Below are positions 53,175-64,000 of a stretch of 64,000 bases of DNA, one piece after another. The stretch is from Balanoglossus misakiensis (lineage: Eukaryota > Animalia > Hemichordata). The position numbers and the translations under genes were made by a program. The first letter of the stretch is position 1. Every line of letters starts with the position of its first letter. The notes beneath the pieces are model-generated. The model saw only the letters and a list, made by a program, of their open reading frames with translations. It made no database searches and was not told the origin of the DNA. Location of the stretch: the NCBI GenBank assembly GCA_040954595.2, contig CM082582.2:6060303-6124302 (forward strand), in the 5' to 3' direction.

Positions 53175-56100
53175 ATAATCCAGCTGCAGTATTGCCCGTT
53201 GCCATGACGTCATCTGAGATGTACATACTCATTTTTAACCAATTGATTTTCTTTTCCTTCAGGCAATGGCAGTGCTGTCATGTCGTTATTTAATTACTGC
53301 GCGAAACAATGGGATGGGGGGATGATTTCATGGATGGAGAATAAAACAACAACTTGTTTTGGGTCTCTGTCATATCACCTTATTCACGGAAATGATTATT
53401 ACATGGAAACCAAGATTCAGTGACTATTTTTTCAAAATGGGACGAAAGATTCACACACACAGAGTGTTTTATTTTGGTGGACTAGTACAAGTAGAGGAGA
53501 AGAATGATCTGTGTTGAAACTCATTTAGGCATAGTGGATAGGAAACTTAACATTAATCAAAGAGAAATGACTTGTATGTGACCTGATCTCACGATTTTTG
53601 TAGTTGGTACTGGGTCATTGGACAGTACATGTATTTGATTCTTGCCTGTGGTTTTATCCCTCACAATGGATATATGAGTGTGCACATGTTTTTTTTTCTT
53701 TGAAAAAAAACCAAAAAAAAACATGATCATTTTCTTCACTGATCTAGCAGATGAAATCGGTATCTCAAGTGAAGAGAACTAGTTGTGGTTCACAGGTTAA
53801 TATAGGAGCAATGAATGGGATACTCGTTTTGATTTTTAAAAATTTCTTACTTTGAGCCATTGTAGTATGCCCACAGCGATGCGGGTGTCATAATTTGTGT
53901 CGTGGCCCACTTTTGTGTTTACTGCCAGTATTAGAAGTCAGTCACATTGTACTTGTACAGAAGTGCTGAGTGCAATACAGGATGACATCCTGATGAATTC
54001 CTGAAGGTACACAATTTAGAATCGAGGTCATGTCGTGAAATCCAACATTCTAGCGTGAAATTCCTCGTTTAAGCTCCATTCAAAACTAATGGCTGCATGT
54101 CTGCATGTAACAGCCAGACGTGACAAAATAATCAAAGTCTGATTCTTAACACATCATATCCAGTCGATTACGCTACCTCAGAATTCTGAATCCATTTTTG
54201 TTACTCACACATAGTATACGTCCGCAGAGAAAACCCACACATTGACTTCAGGGAATGTGGACAGAGTGAGAGTGCCCCTCACAATAAAATTTTCCTAAAA
54301 TAGCCTTCGGCTTCTAACAGCAACATTACTGCACACACCATTTCCAACAGGTTGGGGGTTTCGTTCTTACAAATTCCAGCACTACTGTTTGTATTGAATC
54401 AACTCACTTTTGCCTACACTGGTAATTTTTCTGTGCTCATGCACTACACGCCATTCCCAAGAAAGCTTTCTACTTCTGATTTTTCTGAGTTTTTGATACT
54501 CTTGTGCAATTATAGTCGGTCTAAACTGTGAATGAAATTTGTTAGAGACAAAAGGTTTTCTCAGTTGCTGATTATAATGTGAACTTTCCAACCAATATTC
54601 TTTATATACTAAAGTATTTTAGCTGTTCGTTGATCTAAGAGCTCTATTCTCGCATCACTTGCCCATAATTTTTGATCACCGTGAGAATTCAGCACTATCT
54701 GAAGAACAGTTAAACAAACGCTATAATTCCTTGAGACCTCTGTGACCTTTTAGACAATAAAGTTCATTTCCTTCTCCGTAGAACATTAAATTCTAATGTG
54801 ATGGCATCTTTGCAATCATCCCGACCAAAAACAAATCACGGTTTACGTGTTCAACTCAAAAGTGAGTATCCTTTTCCTCTCAATGAAAATGTTTTCACAG
54901 AACGATGCTCAGAAAATTTGCTTTTACTGTTTATGTATCATATATGATTGAGTACTCTGTAACTTGAAAAAATTATAATTATATTTGCTTGAAAAGTATG
55001 TTTTGCATGTAATATTATGTGAAAGGTTCTTGATGGTTGCCATGCTCAAATTTACAATAAAGATCGAAATGGCACATTGGATCAGTATGAAGTTGTTTTT
55101 ATTTAACCCATGTCCTTTAATCAGCTCATGAAGCTATTTTGATACCGTTCCATGATTATGGCCTTCAGAGATTGTTAAGTTCTGTTGACTGCCTTTCAGA
55201 AGTGGTTACATGGAAAGCCTAGTAACTATCTACCTTTTGATGGGATTGTCTGAGTTTAACGGTTTTGTCTTCTAAATAGCGTATCCCACAAACGGAAGAT
55301 CCGATCCGTGTTCACAAATGGGTGATCCTATAATGTGAAGTAAATAAACAAATATTGAATATTCAGTTCTTACTGTGAAAATCTTATCAACTGAATCAAG
55401 GTTCAAACACGATTTGCACGCGCCTGATCTGAGTGATGTAAATGCACATTCAAGTGTTTAAAAACATCTCTCGTGTGTACACAGTATACATTAAACTTGG
55501 TAGAATCCGCGGTTACTAGGTCATATATCAACAAATATGAGAAGTGATCTACTGGATGATCTTGTAACCAAGTGCGTTGATTCCGATTACAGAAAACGCT
55601 TTTTGTCATGACGACTGCAAATAACAAACGTCACAGACAGGTACCTGAAGTGCAAACGTTTCTGAGAGGATAATTGCACCTATTCGGCCGAAAATATTGA
55701 CCAGCTTCAATCATATACTTGCGAACACTTGTATTTGACATTAAAACATTTCCATATTGACAGCGTATGTGTTTATAGTCACAGTTCTTTATGAGCTAGG
55801 GATCGTGTTGAAAGATATACAAACTACTTCGCGCTTCTAATACTACTGCCATTTCTCATTTTCGTTTGGCCACCTGTTAAGCTGCAAGAACTGATTCATG
55901 TCCACGCGTGTTTTTTTTCAAGCTTAAGACTGAAAAGACTTAAAACCCAGTTACGCCGGATTGCAGAATGAAACAAGCAGCATGGGATAAAGTGCTGTCA
56001 AGCGTTGAGTCTTAATCTGCCTATTGAGAAAATAATATTGTAGCCCGGCTTGCGTGACAAGTCCGTGCGTGGACAAAGGGTGATGGGCGCTGAACAAGGG

Positions 56101-56527
56101 ATGTGCTGTTAAAAATATGCCTTATCGCCGTGTGGGGGGTAATCCTGCTTTGGATATACAGGTATCTCAAATGGCGGGTGACTTTGAATGGAGTCAAAGA
56201 CGCCTTTTGGCAAAATGAACGGATTTGTCATCGTTTTTTTGTACATTGTCCGAGACTTTTGTTTGATCCGTCATGCCTCAGGCTGAACTGACCATGTTGG
56301 GAGACTAACACCGACAACGCCTTGGTCTAGTAGAGGGGTTATTAACAAAAGGAACGTACACCGTACAACAACTACTAGTATATGTGCTGACCACTAATAT
56401 CTTGTGAGTCAATGCAGGATTTTATATCGCTAGTGGACACGCCTGTGTAAAATGTTGTACTTGAAAGTTTAACTGTGGACATAAAATGGAAAATTGGTTC
56501 CTCTATAGATGTAGAGTGAGTAAGTGA

Positions 56528-56561
56528 GTTGTTGTTGTTGCTGTTGTTGCTGTTGTTGTTG
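56528..56561. repeat. (GTT)n trinucleotide repeat
   Basis: Directly visible, with GCT interruptions. Confidence 0.9.
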
Positions 56562-58764
56562 ACGATTTGAATATAACTGTTTCATTAACACGGTAACCAG
56601 TTCAGCTATGACGTCCCATTATTTATAAAGTAGAATACGGACACGGGCAAAAGCAGTTGATATTAACCCGGGTATACTAACTAGAAATATTATTAGGCGA
56701 CAACAATTAATAACCCAAGTCAGCTGCAGTCCATATGAAAGAAGTTAAAATACACCGACAGAAGTCGTGACTTTTATGTGCAACCTGTGAAACACGGCAG
56801 CAATGCGGTATGCCTACATTCCGCGGTGTGCGAGTATTCAGAGTTAGTCACAGAAAACACCACACCACTCGTCATATTCGTGAAAAGAGACGCCGGTACT
56901 GAGACTCTGGATAAGAAATACATTGCTTTTCAGAAAGAAATCAATATTTAGCATCTAGTGAAAATCGATGTTGTCTAATGAATTTGTCTGATTAACAATT
57001 ATGTTAAAATTATCGAAATAATATTTGATTGTTCGTATTTATATGATATGAGCATTTGAGATATGGATCGATGATAGTGTTATGTACGTGCCGTTTTTCT
57101 TATGCCGGCGTGGTTAGATGCGGCTCGAAAATACTCAGTGTTCGAGCGAGGGTATAGGCCCAAGTTTCCGTGAGATGGGCGTCCCCATAGCCCTCCTCAA
57201 AATTTACCACCATTTGTAGTCAAACAGAGTCAAATATTGTCTCACAATTACCATTATCCTCCTTATCCTCCTCGAGTAGGTCCATTTTAGAACTGTCAAA
57301 AGACAACTTCCATTGCAAGAATTTTTATAGCGCACTCATAGTACCTATGAGTTTAGTATGCGCTGCACGGCCCAGGGCAACCTTTGATACAAACCACCAG
57401 TTGCACACACTTCATTTTATTCGAAAGCCAGCCCCTTAATTTTCTTCGACCGAGTCGCTGGGAATTTCCTAGGAAAAAAACGACGTGTTACCGGTTAGAT
57501 TCAAGGATTGGACGCCAATACTTGAACGGCATCGCATCGGCCGGGCCGGGGACAGTCATCACCAACTTCAAGTTGGTATACTGTTGTCATGGTTTCATTG
57601 TAATTATTGTTCAGAATGCAACTTGGTTCAGTTACAAACAAATTTTCTAGCATGCTAATGGACCAAACAGTTAATTTAATCGATTTCCATAATGGCCGTG
57701 TAAATTACACCCCGGTTTTTTGCCATCCCCTGATTTTGTGCGCGTCTACCACATGCACCGCTAACGCGCCCTGTTGCCTTGGCGCTGGACCATACCATTT
57801 GCACAGTTGGGGCTGGGAAAAGTGAATAGGGGGGGGGGGATTACGAGATTCGGACTTGTTTTTGCCAAGCTACGCAAAAACTTAGAGTGAAAAGAGAGCA
57901 AAATAAAATTAACCACTTAACAGGGAGTGGGCAATCTAGCTTATTACTTCCAACCTCACCATGAAAAGACGAGAGCTCGCATCCCAAATCCGCCGGACTC
58001 CCCTTTTATTCTCGGTGCGTGTACACGACACAAATTAAGTGTTCCCCCATTATGTCAGCGTTATTTGTTATTTAAATCACATTCACGGGCCACGAACCGA
58101 AGTAATCACGGATAGAGTCGTATCTCGTATTTTTAGCTCTGGATGTGAATACACCACATATTCATCAAAACATTTGGTTCCACGCTCCAATAACTTATCT
58201 GAAACTGGTTTGTTTGTGTCTTACACCGGAAGGACCGAACGCGCCCCTATAAACACCCCCAGTCTGGTCGTCAAGGTAGGGAACTCAGACCGCAGCTATG
58301 TCGACAGTGTTGACAGACGTGAATTTCGAGATTGAAACTCGCATTTTAAACACTCGCCGTCGGTGAAATACGTCGCCGTAAACTCAACCACGGCAGTTGC
58401 GGGGCCACGCTGGCATTTGCAAATTGGGCGATATTGGAGAATGCTGGACTGCGTGTGTCGTGTCCACGCGGAGAGATAAACGCAAAGCCCCGGCCGAACA
58501 AGCAACAGGTGTTTGCTGCACGAAGGGCACTCTGTATACTCAGGACGTCTGACAGGTATATATCGACCGGAACATGCGAGTTGGCACCGAACGTCGTTTG
58601 AAGTTGGCCACGCCGTCCAAGAGATCGCTTTTGCGACACCTGTTGACGTATACAGATTGCCTAACAATCTACATTTCTTGTTAAAACATGGTTGTGTCAA
58701 TCTGCGTGTTATTTTATTCGCGTGTAAGCGAGACCATCCGAATCGACTAGGGCCACGGACAACC

Positions 58765-59186
58765 ATGGACGTCGGTGTGCGAGACAATAGCGGTAAGTTT
58801 ACCGAGTCATTCGAGATCTTCGCCAAACTACCGGCGGGGACTTTGACTTCAGTCATAGTGCAGTTCGAGACGACGGTGAAGGAACTGAAATCGATAATCG
58901 AGTTTACAAGCGGCATTCCGTCCAACCTTCAGCAACTGTCGTACAAGAGCCACTACGACCTGGAAGACAGAGACACGCTCAGGTCGCTGTGCATAATACC
59001 CGGTGTGCAGATCCCCGTCTCCTTCATTCACGGGTACGAGGACTTGGTCGAGTCGGCGCTGGCCGGGAACACCAAAGGCGTTCTCGGCGACCTGAAGAAG
59101 CGGTTCGACGACGCGAACATACAGACGAGACGACACGCCGCCCTGTTCGTCGCTTCACAGCGTGGCTACCACTTTCTTGTCGAGAG
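58765..59186 (+). CDS. First coding exon of a ubiquitin-like + ankyrin protein (ANKRD60/ANKUB1-like); the rest of the gene was not found in the window
   Basis: ACCATGG Kozak context; TTVKELKSIIEFTSGIPSNLQQLSY...LEDRDTL (Ubl), then GYEDLVESALAGN...AALFVASQRGY (ankyrin start); donor AG|GTGAGA; GC-rich codon usage. Confidence 0.75.
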
Positions 59187-62100
59187 GTGAGAGACGATAT
59201 TTCTAATCTTTGCAATACATGTACATGTACAGGCCTATACACCATACTTCACACGTACACGTACGACCACACCTAAGTCGCAATCAAGTTGTCTGCGCGA
59301 ATAGGGCCTACATGCGTCCGGGCTGTGGTTAGTGACCGATACAAAAGAGAGGTACACACCAAAAGATTGACACGGTCGTGACAGGACATGACAAAAACAG
59401 CCAACGCTTTGTGCAAACGCCTTATTAACAAGGTGGCTCTTGACACAGAGTATGTCCGCAACTACAAAACACTGAACCCGCACATTGTGCCCGGTGATAA
59501 AAACGACGGCGATGTTGCAACGCTGTAAAGGCATATAGAAATAGTAAAATTGGCCTAGCAAAAATTCACGCATGGTCTTTGTAAACGCCCCACCGTCGAC
59601 TATTCAGCAGTGACACCCGCGTGGAATTTCAACGCAACTCGATTGCTCCGGTTTCCAGGCGATGTCTGAGATTAACAACGACGTACTTGCGAAATGCTCC
59701 GGTAATTAAACTTTGATGCTCAGCAAAAACAATCTACATCAAATAATTCACAAACATTTTCATTTGACGCGTTGACATATTTCAAAAGTCTATAAATGTT
59801 AGTAAAGCTGAGTAGTTTTCAATGCAAAAGTTTATGCTTGTATGCAGTCATCCAAGATTTGATAAACGTCCATTTTAGTGGTAGACGCCATAGCGTAATT
59901 GCGTGTTATAGTAACAAGTCCCAGACGCGGAAATTGTGAAAAAAAACGCTGTGCCTGTTTACGCCGTTACCCGTGGAAACGCTTAAGTCACAGTCTGGCG
60001 CGGACAGGAAACCTTTTTGAAAGGGATTGTGATTTTATTTTCTTGTAAATACAATCGACAAGTTGCCGCTTCACCGATCTCGCTCCCCCTCCTCGGCACA
60101 GCGCTTAATAAAGGCCACACAACAATGGTCGACATGCGGTACGCACTCAAATGGAAGAGAGGACTTTGATACAGTACTTAAAATACACGGCGTAACTTTG
60201 TAATTGCCGTACAACCATGGGCGTTTACCACTTCGATGTGTCGGCGGAGAGAGTGGGGCCCTATTCGCTTTGTATTTGACGTGAAAAGAGCCCTGTGTAT
60301 TAGCGCACGGTCAATAGTGTTGCCAGTCCGCGGGGAGACATTTACGCGGACTCAAAGAGCCCATACTTGAAGGCAGTAATATAATTCATTACACGCTAGT
60401 AACGGCTCGTTGCAACTTCCACTTATATGCACAATTATCGCTGAGTGACAAGTATATTGGCAAAACCCGCGGTTCCAGACAAGCATAACCGCGATCGGAA
60501 ATCACGTCGTGATGAATAAATCAACAAGATCGTCGAGGTCGCATAAAATGTTATACAGCAGAGCCTGAATGTGTCGTGACTGAGTAAACATTTCTCAAAT
60601 GTATCTCCAGCAAAACGTTACCTTTATTACAAGTACGTGTACATGTATCGATTATGTAAGGCCTAAATCATGTACTATTTGCGACTACAAAATAACTATT
60701 TTGCGGTATTGCAAAATGAAGATTCTGCGATCGTGCGCTCTCTTTCTGTCCGTTTCAAGCGGGGAAACGATAATCAAAAAGTTGAAGAGTTAATTGCAGA
60801 TCGTTCACCGCCACCTGTTTACCTTTTGTCTGCAGAGGTCACAATTTTTAGCATACTAGCCAAAATATCGATTGCCTCAGTCTAGCAAGGCCGTTCGATC
60901 GGTTAACAAACCTCGCATTTTCATTTTTGTCCATGCGCTGCATATTAACGATTCTCAGTGTTGGTAGATTATGTACATCATTTGAAGGCACAGGTGTGCC
61001 TAGAATTTTAATTAAATTCAAGGCGCTGTTAACCTATTGAGAAGGCATCCGCGATCTGCAGTACAATCAGGAGGAATCAGCGTCTTGGGGCTGATGCATG
61101 ACTACATTGGAGGGGGCTCATATCAAGACTTTTAATGAAACGCGATTAACATAACAGCGTTATCAGGGATATGTGGCCGAGGACGTGTTTTAATTTAACA
61201 CGAGATACGTTTATCGCCTCTGAAGAGCCCTTAGCGACGATGGCTTCACAAAACCAAAATCACAGGCATATAAAACGCCCGGTTTCGCTGCACTATCCAT
61301 GTTAGATAAATGACCACCAGACATAAAATATTAGAACCTCTAGATCTGTAGACAGTTATACTGCCATTTTGCAATGGAGGCTCCGTCTTCGATGAAAAAA
61401 AGAGGCATGTCATCACGTTTATAGTCTCCGTTACATACTCGGGCAAGACGTCTATTACGGCAGGCCGGTATTAAATGCGTGCCGGTATTATTCTAAGCTC
61501 AGGGCATCTAGATGGGGAGCTATCGACACGGACAGAGAACAATGCCAAGACCACTGGCAATCGAGTCGTGTGAAAAGACCAGCACTTAAAAGAGCTGGCA
61601 AACGCCACGAGGGGTACTTAAAAACTTGTTCCCCTCGAAGATGGGATGAATCGCCAAGCTACCGGTTCTAAGTCGAGGCGTCTACTAACATATAAGTGCA
61701 TCATTTAACAAAGGCTTTGTTTGGCATCCGGGGTAATTCACGTATTATCACCGAAGCTTTCATCGGCAAAATTCCACTCCTTCGACATGAAAACATTGCA
61801 AAGAGACATTTGAAACCGAGAAATCGTCAACACTTATGCGGACACTCAACTTAGAACCTGTGCTTTTCAAAGTATAATGCGCTGAATATTTGTGAACACA
61901 CGCGAATTCCATCAAGCACAAATAATTCCACCACCAGACTTCGTTTCAGGTTTCCAACCGCTCTAATTGAACGGCGGGGAAAAACGAAAATGAAGCGAAC
62001 ATTTCTGATTGCGCAATTTCAGGATTGATGGACTCCGACTAATCGACGCGAATGCGGTTGTCATAGGAACGCGCGTGCAATCGCCGTGGCAACGGGCAAA

Positions 62101-62189
62101 ACCGTGAAGCTGTGTCTGGATACCAGTTTCCTTCGATATCCCCATAATTAATGGTAGAGTAATGTGATGATTTCTCTAACGTGTGTGCG

Positions 62190-62509
<320 letters not shown>

Positions 62510-64000
62510 CACACTCAATAGTCAGAGAATGTCAGAGAAAAAAAACTTACGTTTATACCAGGCAACAATACATCCTGAATTCTAAGTTATTGTTTGAGAA
62601 ACGGAAGTCTGTTTTATTTGGTCATAGACTCTTTTCCCCGCCACGTATTACCGATCGAGGAACGTTTCAAGGTAAATCTGACAGCCATGTGTGTAGCTAC
62701 TGTTAGTGTGAAACCAACCGACGCTATATTTGATAACTCCGCGTGAACGCATTACTGTAGGCAAATCTGCATACAAATTAGTCAAGTGAGTTCACTGTAC
62801 GCAACGAACTCTTATACACCTGTCGTTTCTTATTCGACCTTTATTTCAGTTGCAATGTCGGTAACCATGGAGACTGTCTGAGTTAAACGAATTAGAAGCC
62901 AATTGCTGAATATGGAGTTTTATTTTGCATGTAAGCGAATACAGAGAAACCGCTGTCGATATTTTGAAATGCGCGTCACCAGAAAGGCAACCCAAGTAAC
63001 TTCATAGGTGTCGACCTTTGCAGTTGACGTGTCGAACTGAAAATATTTTTTTCGAGCGTCCTGGAGGGTGCAATTTGTCCACTTGTGCAGTGAAATTCCC
63101 TAAGCTGAGAATTCGTCGCATGACATAGTTTTTGCAATGACCTTTTTAGTTTTAAATTAACGCATAGGAGTGATGGTTATAGGGCGTTTCACGCAAAGAC
63201 ACCAAGTGTACAGTAAACAAGGAAGGTGTTAATTGGAAACGTGCCAAAACAGCCACATCAACTCGTCGGTATTTCGAAGATCCCCAAACATTTAATTTCC
63301 GCCGCCAGTGCGTGTGTATTTGTCCAGTAATCTCAGTGAGTGCCATATGCTACACACTCATGACAGTCAATATAAATATAAAATATTGTATCTTTCATCT
63401 ATCCGATTTTGCATGCCGCATATGTTGTTATATAATTCAAGGATCCGTGACCAAATATGAAATCGCATGCGGAGAGCGATTCGATTAAAAACACAATGGT
63501 GGGACTGGGAACATCACACTATTGACACGTTGAAGTGGGCTCTCCAGTTAATGAATGTAAATATCTCAAGATACTCACAGATAATGTGATTTATCGTACG
63601 CAAACACAGATTTGAGTACTTACCTATCAATATTCAAAATAAGTTCTATTAATAGAAGGACTCCTAATTATAACAAGTATTGGAAGATGTGTTGACTCAA
63701 GAAGAACAACATGCAAAAAGGGGGTACATTCCTTGATGGAGGGTTGGATTATTGTACAGTCCGTGTCAATGTAAAAATTCCCCCTAAAATGAATCGTACT
63801 TTATATGAGAAACTATTACTGAGAAACTACATGGCTTTGTAGGGCATCGACGCCAACTTCTCCCAATCTCGTGACTTTTGCCATAATGTCACCCTTGGTC
63901 AGAGTAAATCTTCATTTTCGTTAAAGCATTTAAGTCGCATACATTGAACACACAAGTTTGTCCATGGATAGTGCCTTGCCCAAGAAAGGCAAGAACGCTA

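Noticed and set aside
58296-58925. 209-aa minus-strand ORF
   Set aside because: Antisense shadow of the GC-rich Ubl-ankyrin exon; no recognisable motif.
59659-59701. Possible second exon of the ANKRD60-like gene
   Set aside because: It has AG/GT boundaries, but the translation does not continue the ankyrin repeat.

Overview
AT-rich, intron-rich animal genomic DNA, probably a marine invertebrate deuterostome (inferred from gene and repeat style, not provable here). Splice-aware reading gives five genes: (1) a minus-strand secreted C-type lectin + F5/8 type C protein, 2674-5683; (2) a KIF28/KLP-6-like kinesin-3, +, 10246-33429; (3) WDR88, -, 37462-41315; (4) the E3 ligase MARCHF6, +, 41701-53174, head-to-head with WDR88; (5) the first coding exon of an ANKRD60/ANKUB1-like gene, +, 58765-59186. 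Mobile DNA includes a decayed SWIM + YqaJ/lambda-exonuclease gene with an internal inversion, a Kolobok-like element, a P-like MITE, TTAA mini-elements and a TA-flanked MITE. There are also large microsatellites. The most notable observation is that the kinesin appears to have alternative last exons ending in two different CaaX boxes (CTIL, geranylgeranyl-type; CIVM, farnesyl-type), plus a possible non-prenylated end. Also seen: a U12-type intron in MARCHF6, a GC-AG intron and microexons in the kinesin, and several RFX X-box motifs. Exon structures were read by eye and need RNA-seq confirmation.
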